Positions 13,571 through 27,215 are shown, counted from the first letter of the stretch. The stretch is DNA of 64,000 nucleotides from Selaginella moellendorffii (GCF_000143415.4 NW_003314264.1:3647229-3711228); one strand, 5' to 3'. Notes: a model not told the origin generated them from the letters alone. Numbers and translations: made by a program.

Positions 13571-14601
13571 GGAGGGGGTGCTGTTAGGAATCCCCCAATT
13601 CCCCCAATTCTTGCCACATTCCTGACTCTCGCCGGATTCCTGACCTGCAGACCACATTCCTGATTCTCGAGACACTTCCCTATTCCTGACTCTCGAGACA
13701 CTTCCCTATTCCTGATTCTCTGATTTTCTATACGATTCCTGAGTCTCGAGCCACATTCCTGATATTGATGTGGCGCCTCCTCGACCTCAGCTGTATTTAG
13801 GCCGTCCTCGATCCAAGAGTAGTGGAGCTTCATCAACCTATAGTATATATAGGTTAGCTTTGTTCCATTTCTCCACAATCTGAATCAACGCCAGTCTAAG
13901 GCCTCTTCTTTGTTTCCACTAGCTTTTCTCTTTGTCTTTTGCATTTTCCAGTTTTGATCTTGTTGGGGGTCTTGACAGGACCAGCATGCAAAACGGAGTC
14001 AAACGGAGTCTGGCGCTATTTTGGCATACTAGTGGCCTAACGCGAGGACATAGGTACTCCACCAACTAGCATAGAATGGAACTTGGGCTTAGACCCAAGC
14101 CAGATGCAAAACAAGGACAAGCACGCAAGCGAGAGCTAAACTATGCTTCAGGTTAGTCAGCCATGCCCGATCTACCCACTATCCCTACTATACATTTGGA
14201 ACCCCCCCCCCCTGAGGAACACACGCTTTGGGCTTTCACCCCAAGCCTCCCTTAGTATTAGGAGTTAGTCTCTGGGATAAGTTCGAAACTTACTAAATAT
14301 GGAATGGTGCTAGATTGCGAATTTGGACACAGGACGAACACTATTGTGTTTAGGACAATCTCTACATTCCGTACATATGCCAAATGAGCAAATCTAGACA
14401 CTTTCCATAAATAGCATTTGGGACCGAAATGAGACTAACACAAAGGGCATGATTGTTTGGCAGACACGGTAAGCTATCATCCAGCAATATTGAGGGACTA
14501 ATCTCAATATGCGAGGGTTCTTGTCAAGCCAGTGCAAGACAGAGCAAAAGAGAACTAAGAGCTAAGCCGAGTATGCTCAGCTAGAAACACATAGAAGTTC
14601 C

Positions 14602-17600
14602 TGTAAGCCACAAATTTTTCCTTTCCAATTTGCCAGCTTACCTCGCCTATCCGTCCAACACCGCCTTGGCTTTTGCTAAGTTCCCTCGCCAAGGTTCTCG
14701 CCTATGGTACCAGCACCTACTTGGTTTCAGCTACTCACTGCACGAGCAACGGAGTGTTAGCCATCCTTCCACGGATTCCCAAATCACTCCCAATCTCCCT
14801 CCCCGGGTTAGACTGGACTTAAGGTTCGGCTACACTCCCCGCAAGCACAAGCAGCCAAGCACACCAAGCTTCCAGGTTCCTAACATCCCTTGGTACCACA
14901 AGACTTGATCATGGGACCCTCTAAATCCCAAGTCTTGAGTGCAACACTTGCTTCGGGATGCCGGGGCGAAACACCGTGGCCTAGCGGCCCGGTATGGGTA
15001 CCTCTCGCCCCCCACTTCCATCCCGAAGGAAGGCCCAAGCCCCTAGGGAGGGCGAGGACCAATGAGCCGCATGGTACTCAAGTGGGGCACCACTCCACAT
15101 GAGCCGGGAGCACCGCAATCGGTTTCCCTTTCGGGAGTGGGAGCTGCTCTTGAGCACTTCCTTGGATGGCCCCTCCGGCACCAGCCAAGTCCATGCTCAC
15201 TCCCACCCAAGGCCCCTCGGTCCCAGTCTCAACCTCAAGTCGGTTTGGAAGCCCAACTGGAGAGTCCCTTCAAAACTGGTTCCTGGACCTCACTATCCCT
15301 ACTATACTTTTGGAACCCCCTGCAGCCCCCCCCCCCTGGGAGACGCACGCTTTGGGCTTTCACCCCTTGACCCGTATTAGTATTTGGACTTAGTCTCTGG
15401 CTCGATCTCGGACCCGATTTTGGATCCGACTTCGGATTCGGTTTCGGACTCGATCTCGGACCCGATCTCGGACCCGATCTCGGACCCGACTTCGGACTCG
15501 ACCTCGGACTCGGTCTCGGACCCGATTTCGGATCTCGGACTCCGTCTCGAACTCGGTCTCGAACTCGGACTCGAACTCGGTCCCCGAGTCGGTCTCGAAC
15601 TCGATTCCGGACTCGATCTCGAACTCGGTCCTAGAGTCGGTCTTGGACTCGATCTTCGACTTGGTCTCATCCGATGAACTCTTTGTCATTTTGGTCATGC
15701 TTTCGGGGTTCCTTTCGCCTACGACACCTTGGCGAGTTGGTTCCTTACAACTCCACCACCCATAGAAGAAGTTCGATGCCCACATCGAACGTCTCATCCC
15801 CTTTCGCAGGTTATCGTTGAAATGCACCTTGATGGCCGCATCCAACGCTTCCTTGTAGTTGGTCGGGTTCCACCGCATCACCTCACCGCGAGCCCAGGTT
15901 TGCAAACCTGATATGAAGGCATGGAACGCATCCATATCCCCCATGTCCGTGACAAGTATCCTCTTTGCCATGAACCCATTCACATATTCCTGGATGGTTC
16001 TAGTTTGCTTCAGCCTACTCAGCTCATCTCTCAGATGCAGAGTGGCATTCGGAGGAACGTATGTTGCGCGGATCCTCGCCTTCATCATGTCCCAAGTGGC
16101 CACTGGTCCTTCATTGGCCTCCGTCGTTCTCCACCAAGACTTGGCATTATCTGCCAAGTATGGTTTTGCACATGGGACCTTCTCCGAGCTTGGTAATCGC
16201 AACGCTCGGAAGTAGTCCTCCATATCGTAAAACCAATCCTCCACCACTTTATAGTCGTTCACTCCCTTGAAGACCGGTGGGGGCTTTGGTTTGTACTTGG
16301 GAACTGCCTGAGGGACTGATTCTACTTCGGTCTGTTCGACCTTGTCTGGTTTTGCCTCAGTCCCGGCCGAAAGATCCGCACCTTCTGCGCTGCCAGCATC
16401 CGCAGTCTTTTTCTTTTTCTTTCGCCTCTCGTCACGCTTTAACTTGCGTACGAGAGTTTCCAGCAGGGCATTGGTCTGTGCCAACTGTCCTTCTAGCACG
16501 TCCAATCGAGCCTTGGACGACCGAACCTCGCCACCGGACTCCTGTTTGGAAGTTTCCTCACTAGAGTCCTCCCCATGCAAGGATTCCTCATCCATAGCTT
16601 CTTGTTAGACCGGAGGCTCCAGCTCCGGCGGAGGTTCCGTCTCCGCCTGGGTTCGCTTATGCCCTGCCCTTGCCATCTCCCAGCAATCCGCCTCTATCCT
16701 TCGCTAGAACTGAGATAAAGGCTCCGATACCAAATTGTAAGCCACAAATTTTTCCTTTCCAATTTGCCAGCTTACCTCGCCTATCCGTCCAACACCGCCT
16801 TGGCTTTTGCTAAGTTCCCTCGCCAAGGTTCTCGCCTATGGTACCAGCACCTACTTGGTTTCAGCTACTCACTGCACGAGCAACGGAGTGTTAGCCATCC
16901 TTCCACGGATTCCCAAATCACTCCCAATCTCCCTCCCCGGGTTAGACTGGACTTAAGGTTCGGCTACACTCCCCGCAAGCACAAGCAGCCAAGCACACCA
17001 AGCTTCCAGGTTCCTAACATCCCTTGGTACCACAAGACTTGATCATGGGACCCTCTAAATCCCAAGTCTTGAGTGCAACACTTGCTTCGGGATGCCGGGG
17101 CGAAACACCGTGGCCTAGCGGCCCGGTATGGGTACCTCTCGCCCCCCACTTCCATCCCGAAGGAAGGCCCAAGCCCCTAGGGAGGGCGAGGACCAATGAG
17201 CCGCATGGTACTCAAGTGGGGCACCACTCCACATGAGCCGGGAGCACCGCAATCGGTTTCCCTTTCGGGAGTGGGAGCTGCTCTTGAGCACTTCCTTGGA
17301 TGGCCCCTCCGGCACCAGCCAAGTCCATGCTCACTCCCACCCAAGGCCCCTCGGTCCCAGTCTCAACCTCAAGTCGGTTTGGAAGCCCAACTGGAGAGTC
17401 CCTTCAAAACTGGTTCCTGGACCTCACTATCCCTACTATACTTTTGGAACCCCCTGCAGCCCCCCCCCCCTGGGAGACGCACGCTTTGGGCTTTCACCCC
17501 TTGACCCGTATTAGTATTTGGACTTAGTCTCTGGCTCGATCTCGGACCCGATTTTGGATCCGACTTCGGATTCGGTTTCGGACTCGATCTCGGACTCGAT

Positions 17601-17882
17601 CTCGGACCCGATCTCGGACCCGACTTCGGACTCGACCTCGGACTCGGTCTCGGACCTGATTTCGGATCTCGGACTCCGTCTCGAACTCGGTCTCGAACTC
17701 GGACTCGAACTCGGTCCCCGAGTCGGTCTCGAACTCGATTCCGGACTCGATCTCGAACTCGGTCCTAGAGTCGGTCTTGGACTCGATCTTCGACTTGGTC
17801 TCATCCGATGAACTCTTTGTCATTTTGGTCATGCTTTCGGGGTTCCTTTAGCCTACGATACCTCGGCGAGTTGGTTCCTTAC
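14602..17882 (-). mobile_element. Young gag-only LTR retrotransposon (TR-GAG-like), element C
   Basis: 1148-bp LTRs 14602-15749 and 16736-17882, about 5 differences by eye; PBS tggtatcggagc; PPT gggtggtggagt; ~1-kb internal region holding only gag. Confidence 0.92.
15390..16595 (-). CDS. gag: Gag of element C, reading through the PPT into the 3' LTR repeats
   Basis: KPPPVFKG...VEDWFYDMEDYF...AKSWW...LSRLKQTRTIQEYVNGF. An in-frame upstream ATG at 16676 is separated by a single TAA (16605-16607). Confidence 0.8.
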   Translation of the reverse strand: MDEESLHGEDSSEETSKQESGGEVRSSKARLDVLEGQLAQTNALLETLVRKLKRDERRKKKKKTADAGSAEGADLSAGTEAKPDKVEQTEVESVPQAVPKYKPKPPPVFKGVNDYKVVEDWFYDMEDYFRALRLPSSEKVPCAKPYLADNAKSWWRTTEANEGPVATWDMMKARIRATYVPPNATLHLRDELSRLKQTRTIQEYVNGFMAKRILVTDMGDMDAFHAFISGLQTWARGEVMRWNPTNYKEALDAAIKVHFNDNLRKGMRRSMWASNFFYGWWSCKEPTRQGVVGERNPESMTKMTKSSSDETKSKIESKTDSRTEFEIESGIEFETDSGTEFESEFETEFETESEIRNRVRDRVRGRVRSRVRDRVRDRVRDRVRNRIRSRIQNRVRDRARD

Positions 17883-17883
17883 C

Positions 17884-17913
17884 GGTTTAGGGTTTAGGGT
17901 TTAGGGTTTAGGG
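17884..17913 (+). repeat. Interstitial telomeric tract GG(TTTAGGG)4
   Basis: Directly visible at the element C / Cassandra junction. Confidence 0.97.
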
Positions 17914-18442
17914 CCCATGAACAAGAGTGCACCCCCTTTTCCAATCGGTTAAGGGTCTTGGGATATTTGGGGTTAAGTGTCCTTGGGTTTGAATAGTACT
18001 GGGCTGGGTGACCTCCCGGGAAGTCCAAACTTAGGAGCTTACATTTGGTATCGGAGCGGTCTTGGGTCCGACTTTGTTGGTTGGCTAAGGGAATCACACC
18101 ACATGTTGATTGACATCTGGCTGGTCCAGTTTGCTCCCGCTGGGCTCGACCCGAGGGGTAGGGTGTCAAGAGAGCGAGGCTCTCGGGAGAGCTGCGGCTC
18201 TCAGCTTCCGTTCACGAGGGCGTGAACTTGCAGGGAAGCGTGGTGGATTGTAAGCAACCAAAGGGAACGACTCGAGAGACGATCCATGGGGTTCAAATAT
18301 AGAGGGAAAGGGCCCATGAACAAGAGTGCACCCCGTTTTCCAATCGGTTAAGGGTCTTGGGATATTTGGGGTTAAGTGTCCTTGGGTTTGAATAGTACTG
18401 GGCTGGGTGACCTCCCGGGAAGTCCAAACTTAGGAGCTTACA
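17910..18442 (+). mobile_element. Cassandra-type TRIM with 5S rRNA-derived LTRs; 5' LTR truncated
   Basis: LTRs end at 18043 and span 18249-18442 (194 bp). PBS tggtatcggagc; ~205-bp non-coding internal region. LTR segment ggttaagtgtccttgggtttgaatagtactgggctgggtgacctcccgggaagtcc matches the plant 5S A-box/IE/C-box region. Confidence 0.9.
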
Positions 18443-21400
18443 GTTCCTACCTTATGTCCATCTGGCTAGAGGGGTTGATAAAGGGAATCAGCAATACCGA
18501 CCTCCTGCCATCGTGGCAGTAAAGAAAGAGTGTCTGTAAGGTATATCGGATAACTTTCAATATCCGAAGTCACATTCGCGACACTCTCCCCCCTAGGGAA
18601 GATTGACATCCTTGTCGATGCATACTCTAGTCTAGAATACCACCAAGGAAACAACTCCAGAAAAAGTTTACGGTATTTATACTATGTGAGGAATGCACCA
18701 ACTTAAATGAGTTAGGAGGCAACCTCTTTGTCTAACGCAAATGCGCTACCAACTTAGACACCTTCCGGCTGTCACCGACAAGGAAATGACCAACGGAGTC
18801 AGCCACCCTTGCTACTTTGGTTGTCACCCAGCTTACAAAAGTGTGATACACCTCTGCCCGCAAGTGGCATAGAGAGAGAAGCCAGATGCTTCAACCCTCA
18901 TGAGCAAAGAAACCAAACCTATCAGTAAGGTTTAGATAGACTACTATAAACAGGCAGTTAGAGTTGTTTACACGGTCACGCCCTTTTAATGGAATAAGGA
19001 ACATCGACAAAGAGATGGGTTATGTGACTAGTCGACAGTAGCTACCTCATGACTAGAGATTTCACCATGCACACAAAGTGTTGAAGTTAGTTTACCTATA
19101 CTGGCCCAAACTCAAAGATCAATAGATGGACAATATCAAAGTCATAGACAATGATATCTTAGAGTCTTAATTATCAGTGAATAAATCTTATATCCAAACA
19201 CAATAGTATTCTAAGTAAGTTATCATCCGATAAACTAGTATTTTAGTATAGGAACCACCAAGATCAGCATGATTGGAAAACATAGGATTCATCATCCAGC
19301 AAAATTCAATAGCCAGCGTATCATCAAGAAAACTCAATGATAAATCTTAACTACTGAAGATGGCAGACAGTATGCCAAACAACTTACTAAAGATAATTCA
19401 AAGAACACAAAATATTATTAACTAATAAGCACAATGCTCGCGAATGTATTACCCAAAGGAAATAACATCTTAATCAGAACTATCTCGAGCAACAATCAAC
19501 AGAATAGAATGAATGTTGCATAGCCAATAAACACTCGTTCATGCCAACTATCACATGAGCCAATCCGAATAAATCCCGGTCAACAATACTAAGGAACCAG
19601 AATTGCTCAAGCAAATGTCAGCAACATCCTACTGATGTCTCAACCCAAAAGACCAATTCAGAGCAAACCACAAAGAACATGTGGTATTGCAAAGAGCCAT
19701 AAGCCATCAAAGAGAACAACTAACTATCATAAAAAAACATTAATCATCCCATCAATGAAGAGATATATAATCATCATCGAAGAAAAAATCTACCATCTCG
19801 AAGAATAGCAAATCATTTTATACCAATAATAATCAAGAAAAACCCTTGACAAGGATAATCAACTATATTAAATAATAATTAATCATCATCAATGATTGCT
19901 AGATGCAAAAGCCAACTTCACATCGAAGTGAACAAGTCAAAATGCCTTCCCCAACAACTTCTAACAAATGGAACAATGAGCATAAAACTCAAAGAATCAA
20001 AAACTCGAAGAAGCTTATAGCCAAGTCTTGTTTAATAATGATCTTGTGACAAGTTTTGCATGAACTAACTTCAATGCTAAAGAAGAAATCATGGCACAAT
20101 CCAGAATATCCTTCTCAACATATCCATAAGCTAAACTTCATAATGCAAAGCTAATGAAGAGCATATTTGCATCAATCCAAAAATTAAGCACAATGAAGCT
20201 ATGCTCAACAAGTAATCACTAAACAATCTTCCACGAATCCATCTATAGCAAGATGTAACTCACTTCATAACAAGCACAAGAAGAATCATCAATGATCGAT
20301 ATATTCTAACTCAAACCCAATAAGGATTTAAACATTCCAATATCGATCACCAACTCTTCCACTTGTAGAGTTAGCATAGTCCACAACTGAATCACTTTTC
20401 AAAGAAAAGCTCAAAGGTCAACCTTTACTAAACAATCTCGTCTAGAACACAACTAACTCAAACTTGCCACTCAGTTCATTTGAACGTCAACATAATTGCT
20501 AACTAGCAAATGTGCAAATGCTAATAATACAAAGTTACAACCAAATCATCAACACTATCTCTATAGAGAGTAATGAAACTCAATATCAATTCTAAAGATA
20601 GATATTTCATCTCACTTGAATCTTAACATCAATAATGTCAACGATAAGGCATCACTTCAATGCCATCAACACCAGAACAAAACTAGAACAAAGCAAGAGT
20701 AAATCACCACTCAATACTCTTTTGCAACCAAGCTAACCAATATCAAAGATACTTTACTTAGTATCCGAGACTAATCCTTCAACAAAACTCAGTTTCAGAT
20801 AACACATCATCAAGGAGTAATTCACCACGTCCAAGACTCAATGAAATCCAATACCACAGACTAAACATAACTAAATGATATCGACAGAGGCAAAGTCAAT
20901 ATGCCATCATGGAAAACCATGCAAATCTAATAACATGATCCTCCGCAACACCATCTGGTAAAGCAAACTTATCATTGCTAAATCATCATTGAGTGAAGCA
21001 AGTGTCAACAGTCCTCAACAAAGTCTACAAGCAATCACTAGTCACAAAGAAACTAGCAATCATTCTTTCAACTTGCCTTCACAAGACCCAAACACTAAAT
21101 TCATGCCATCGAGCTATATACTTGTCTAATATGAACAGAACACCCTAAGTATAAGATATTGGCTTATGGACAAGCACGGACTAAATGACCACTCGAATCC
21201 AACTCGGCTGCAATAAACTCACCAACATGTCTAGCTATTAGCTTTGAGCATGCCTTGAAGAGGCTAGCTATGCATAATCAACACTCAGTCGAAACTAAAG
21301 TGCAAACCATGAGATGAACTCATATTGGTACACAACCTCCTCATATACAAAGCTATAGTACAGGTACCAATATCTCAACCTCAAATAACTAAGTTGAACA

Positions 21401-24400
21401 TCACCATCCTCAACCAAGGCATAGGACCACCAAGACCAAGTCAAGATCAGTGAGAGCTCACTACTCTCATAGAGTTTATCGAAATGTAAGGTGCAACTTA
21501 CCACCTAGCATAACATTATAAAAGAAAGGCAGAAGGGTCACCTTTCTAGAAAAGCACAACAGCCATTTTTTTACACCAACTCCAGACTCTATCCAACTCA
21601 ATTGCTTAAACTCCAAAAGTCAGCATCCCTTTCGAGTCACATCATACAAACTACCTATTAAGGTTTAGGTTAGCTGAAGTCAACTCAAACCCCTTCACTA
21701 GTTTGTATTAGCTTTCGAAAACATAATGGTTTTTGAGCAAAATGATCAACAGATCAGCCATTAGATAAGTCTAAGAAAATTTGTGGAAAATTTTCCATCC
21801 TAAAGAAAGAATAACTCTTAGTCCAAAAATGCAAACTTTCAAGACTCAACCCAGTTCTTCCTACTAACAACTTCACATAGATTCACCTCAACACAAATTC
21901 TCAAGACTCATAGTATGCTTAAATATCGAACATATTTTTGCCCATATATCCGACATCCAACACCGACATTTGTAAAAATGCAAAATGAACACCCAAAGTT
22001 TGATCACAAAGACCACATCTTCGGATATCCACATTGCACTAACATTCTTTTTCAACCACTTTCAAGATCTAATGTGAAGCCAAAACACTAAAAAAAAAAT
22101 GACATGGAAAATCAAGCTCTAAGGAAAATTCCTCATCACTCGAAATAACATGCCACTTCCACTAACACAAATGCTAGTGATGTCAATGCCTCAACTACAC
22201 ATCTTCTCCATCCAACAATCTACTCTAAGTGCTAATGGATCAACCGATGAACTATAGCAAATGAATGCTATAACCCTTTTCCAACACCTTATGAGCAAAT
22301 CCTCAAGGAAACAATGTACCAACTTAAGCTTAGTATATCATAGATCACTATTGAGAATCCAATCAAAACTACTACAATACTACTACGTGTAAGTAGACTA
22401 GCTTCACTATCAACCACTTTAGGGTTGATCATCGTTTAACCAAACAACTTCGTAAACACGTTGCTCACGATCACATGAATATGATATAAGTATCACAATG
22501 ACTTGATCATCAATTGAGCAACACTACGAGCAATGCCGTTGTCATTACTTCAAAGGTTTACGTGAGTATCAAGTGTCAAGTTGATTCGACAAAATGCAAC
22601 ATAAATGCCACACTCTATCGATAGAGACTTACAACACTCAATACCACTAACTTTTGTTCACAACACAGACAAGCACATGCCACTCTTTTTCTGACCAAAC
22701 TCAAAACTAATCCAACACCAAGCTACTCAAGGAGCAATAGCAAGGTTCCCTGGAAAAGAATTGAGCATTGTAACCCAAATCTTCAATAGCAAGCCTAGAC
22801 AAAATGGTTTAGCGCTTCATTGCTATCCATTCCACGGCTCACTACTTGCAAGACCATCATTTCCAATATGCATCAAGGTAGGGACTCTTGATTGCATAAT
22901 GTGAACACAAGCAATGAGTCACATTTCGTTGCAAATCATCTTTTAAAGAAGAGAAGATGATTTACGTGTTTGATCCTTCGTCCCTGACGACTCTCTTTTC
23001 GGTTTCATCTTTGACTAAACCTCAAGCTTTCTTTCACACTACCTTCAGTCCAATCCAAGAAAAGTTTATGAGAGAGCACAGCAATGATTACTTGAACCAA
23101 TAGACTAATCCTTACAATCTTGATTAATCCACTTGTAAACATGCCTAGGAAGGATCCACTAGTACTGTGCTAAACAGCTACGGACTAGCCTATTTGCCAC
23201 TCGTAACAAACCCAGGGAAGGTTTACTTTACGCATGGTACAAGGAACAACTCACGGAACCATTGAAACACTCATGGAACCATCAATAGGCTAACATTAAT
23301 CCTACTAACTCAAAGTGTAATGCTGAGTTGTTAATGTGCCTCACTCACGAGCTTAAGCTTAAACTCGTGCAAAATGGTAAACCTCAAACCCATCTTATGA
23401 GCCCAAGAGCAAGCTCACATCATAAAGTACAACAAGGTAACCAAATCCATACCTAAGGTACCAATACGAAGCCTTTGCACCCAAACGTGTACCCACTCGG
23501 ATCATCGTTTTCATCTCTGCGTATGCAATGAGACTAGTTGCCCAATCTCATTGGATAGTACTCACTGAGACTCATCCTCTGATACCAAATGTAGCGCACG
23601 TGGTTTTGACCCTTTATCCTATAGTGATTTACCATAGGATAACACCATGAAGCGAAACTTAAACCCTCTTTATGCCATGTGACACATGCCACGTGTCATA
23701 TGCCACATGTCCAAAGGACAATGGTGCGGAACCTAAGGTTTAGGGCCTTGGGCCACTGAATGAAAGAACGGTGCCAAACTCCCAAGCATAGAGCCAAAGA
23801 GTGATGGAATCGGACCCTAGAGCAACTCCCAAGCATATAGCCCAAAAAACGAAGGGATAGGAGCTTGGAGTGACTTGGAACAGTCATAGAGCAACTAGCA
23901 TCCCAATGCTAGGACCAGCATACAAAATGGAGCCAAACGGAGTCTAGTGCTATTTCGGCATATTGGTGGCCTAACGCGAAGACATGGGTACTCCATTAAC
24001 TAGCATGGAATGGAATTTGGGATTAAACCCAAGCCGGACGCAAAACAAGGACAGGCACGCCAGCGGGAGCTAGACTATGCCTCAAGTTGGTCAGCCATAC
24101 CCAACTTACCCATTATCCCTACTATACATTTGGAAACCCCCCCCCCCCCCCCTCCCTCCCTCGGAACACACACTTTGGGCTTTCACCCCAAACCTCCCTT
24201 AGTATTAGGAGTTAGTCTCTAGTACAAGCTCAAAACTTACTAAATATGGAATGGTGCTAGATTGCGCATTTGGACACGGGACGAACACTATTATGTTTAG
24301 GACAATCTTTACATTCCGTAGATATGCCAAATGAGCAAATTTAGACACTTTCCATAAATAGCATTTGGGACCGAAATGAGATTAACACAAAGGGCATGAT

Positions 24401-26769
24401 AGTGAGGGTGTTTGACAGACATGGTAAGCTATCATCTAGCGATATTGAGGGACCAATCTTAATACGCAAGGGTTCTTATCAAGCTAGTGCAAGACAGAGC
24501 AAAAGAGAACTAAGAGCCAAGCCGAATATACTTAGCTAGAAACACATAGGAGTTCCTACCTTATGTCCATTTAGCTAAATATAGATGCTAAGCCTAGTAA
24601 ACTAACACTTGAACAAGAGGGGCTGATAAAGGGAACCAACAATACCGACTTCCTACCATCGTGGCAGTAAGGAAAAAGTGTCCGTAAGGACTAGCCGACA
24701 GGTAACTTTCGATACCCGAAATCACATTCGCGACATAGACACAAAATAAAAACAGACACGTAAGTAGGGGTTAAACCTTAGGTTGGTTAAGTATGCCTAA
24801 CCTACTCACTATCCTTACTATACACCGATCTACCCTACTTTTGAGGAACACACACTTTGGGCTTTCACCTTTAACCACCTTTAGTACTAGAAGTTACTCT
24901 TTATGACAAGCTTGAAATTTATTAAATATGGTATGGTGGTAGATTGCAAATTTGTACACAAAACCAATACCGTTATGTTTAAAACAATTTTTACATTCTA
25001 TAGATATGCTAAATTAGTATATCTAGACACTTTCTATAAATAGCCAATATGACTAGAATGAAACTAACACAAAGGGCATGATAACAAAGGTGTTTGCTAC
25101 ACATAGTAAACTATCATCTAGTGATATTAAGGGACTAATCTCAAAATGTGGGGGTTCTTGTTATTAGCTAGTGCAAGACATAACAAGATAGGAACTCCTT
25201 ACAAGGATAAGTATGCTTAATTAATACTATGTAGAAATTCCATCATTATACTCGCCCGGTCTAAATACACTCAAAATGCTTAGTTAATTTCATTAGCATA
25301 AGAGGGATTAATAAAGGGTCCAGCAACATTGACATTTTGCCGTCGTGGTAGTAAAGAAAAAATATTTGAAAGGACTAACTAGTAAGTAACTTTCAATACT
25401 CGCAGTCACATTTGCGACAACTCCATTATCACATTTATTCAACCTCACTACATCAGGGCTAAATATTTCATTTGGACTTGTTATATTTATCATCACTTTA
25501 CAATCCATGTTATTCATCCTTACTCCACTATTATATCCACTTATTCTCACTCTATTATGAGGTTAAACTTCTATCCCCCTCCTAAAAAAAAAGGTTTGAA
25601 ATGTCAGAGTAAAGAGGAAAAAAATAGAAAAAGTTAAGAAAAAATATTATGAGAGAAAAAAAGTGGATTAAAAAGTATTGAAAGAAGAATTTTCAATAGC
25701 TAAGAAGAAGGACATATGCTTAAAGCTTAGAAAATATGGGACTTCCTGTCATAAAATACTACACACTTAACTTGAAACTCTGGCCAAAGTCACTTAACCT
25801 TTGGAATAATAAAATACTCAATACCAGAATTGATTAAAGACTCTAACAAGGAAATAAAAATAAAATTCTCAACTTTATATATACACTTAACATCTAAATG
25901 AATATGAAGAAGACATAAAGCATTTAAATCAACACCAAACTAAGAATGAGAATCATAAGAGTTATAAATAATTAATATAACAAAAAAAAAGAAATATTGT
26001 AGATAAGGAAAGAACACTAATAACATAAGAAGATGGCTAAAATTGATAAATAAGGAAATGTTAAGAAAGAGTAAAAGGTAAAGAAAAATGATCAAATAAT
26101 AGGTTGATATGAAATTTTTAACTTGTCTCAAAAACTCAATATAAGCTCTATTTCGTTAAAGTGGGATTTATTCAGTAAAATGGGACTAGGTACAAATTTT
26201 CAAGTATTTGAAAATGACGTGAAATTATATGTTTTTTGTCTAGGGGCTAGACATATCTGGGGCATGGTGACTAGTGCGGTGACTTTATGTCCAGACTGAG
26301 TCCATCTGGTTGTATAATAAATCTCATTGTCAAGGTGAACAAGCCGAATCTGAAGCTAAAGAAGAGCGATGGCATGCGCGCACACACTATTTGTTTGTTC
26401 ATTGAGCGTGTGGTGAGCTTTCCAAGATGAACGTCATTCCTATTAGCCAGACATATAACTTAATGGTGAGAACATTTAGATATTATTCAATGTTATCTTT
26501 TTCTAACGAATCTAATTGTGAAGGTGTAGCAAGATGTGAGACACAAAATCCCTAGGCCCCAAAGTGGAGCCGGAAGGGTGCCACGTGGTAGTGGCCGAAG
26601 CGAAAGCCAAACGAGTGTAACACGTTTGGGCCAAAAGCTCCGCCTTGAAAGGTCGAGAGCGGGAGTGGAACTCCTAACGAAGGGCTCGAGGAATGAGCAC
26701 GAAACGAGCAATAAGCGAGGCTCCAAAAAGGGACCCAAAAGGACCAACACATGACACATGGTAGTGTCC

Positions 26770-27215
26770 GAGAAGGACCCGAGATGGAGTCCGAGGTGGA
26801 GTCCGAAGTGGAGTCCGAGTTGGAGTCCGAAGTGGAGTCCGAGGTGGACCCGAGATGGACCTGAGATCGAGTCCGAGATGGACCCGAGATAGAGTCCGAG
26901 ATGGACCGAGACCGAGTCCGAGATGGACCTGAAATGGAGTCCGAGATGGAGTCCGAGATGGAGTCCGAGATCGAGTCCGAGATGGACCCGAGATGGAGTC
27001 CGAGATGGACCCGAGATGGAGTCCGAGATGGATTCGAGATGGAGTCCGAGATGGAGTCCGAGATGGACCCGCGATGGAGTCCGAGATGGAGTCCGAGATG
27101 GACCCGAGACCGAGACCGAGACCAAGGCCGAAGCCGAGACCGAGACCGAGTCCGAGTCCGAAACCGGGACCGAGACCGAGTCCGAGTCCGAGTTCGAGCC
27201 CGAGCCCGAGTCCGA
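26770..27215 (+). repeat. 6/12-bp tandem array (GAGTCCGAGATG-like) in U3 of element D 5' LTR
   Basis: Counterpart at ~32780-33198 has a different copy number; related arrays lie at 15400-15660 and 17534-17794 in element C. Confidence 0.9.

Larger units (their letters stand above)
9743..13977 (+). mobile_element. Chromovirus (Tcn1/Tf1-sushi type) element B with RT and most of RNase H deleted
   Basis: 396-bp LTRs 9743-10138 and 13582-13977; TSD GGACC; PPT gaggagggggtgc; the empty site is visible in the element A 5' LTR. Confidence 0.95.
9430..24735 (-). mobile_element. Gypsy element A: 5' LTR 23590-24735; 3' LTR 9430-18583 interrupted twice; internal region degenerate
   Basis: TSD TAGAC (9425-9429 / 24736-24740); TG...CA termini; tRNA-Met PBS (ctctgatacca, ~23577-23587); PPT next to 18584; no intact pol ORF. 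Confidence 0.9.
6335..25419 (-). mobile_element. Oldest gypsy element (A0): degenerate internal 6370-9000 and an LTR split into 9001-9429 and 24741-25419 by element A
   Basis: 6370-8980 is colinear-homologous to 18584-21220; LTR ends tgtagca... (9001) and ...tcacatttgcgaca (25419) mirror element A LTR termini. Confidence 0.75.

Noticed and set aside
18370-18426. 5S rRNA gene
   Set aside because: Only the internal promoter portion, diverged and embedded in LTRs.
25420-26138. Additional retroelement remnant continuing at 47362-47800
   Set aside because: AT-rich and purine-biased but too decayed to support a call.
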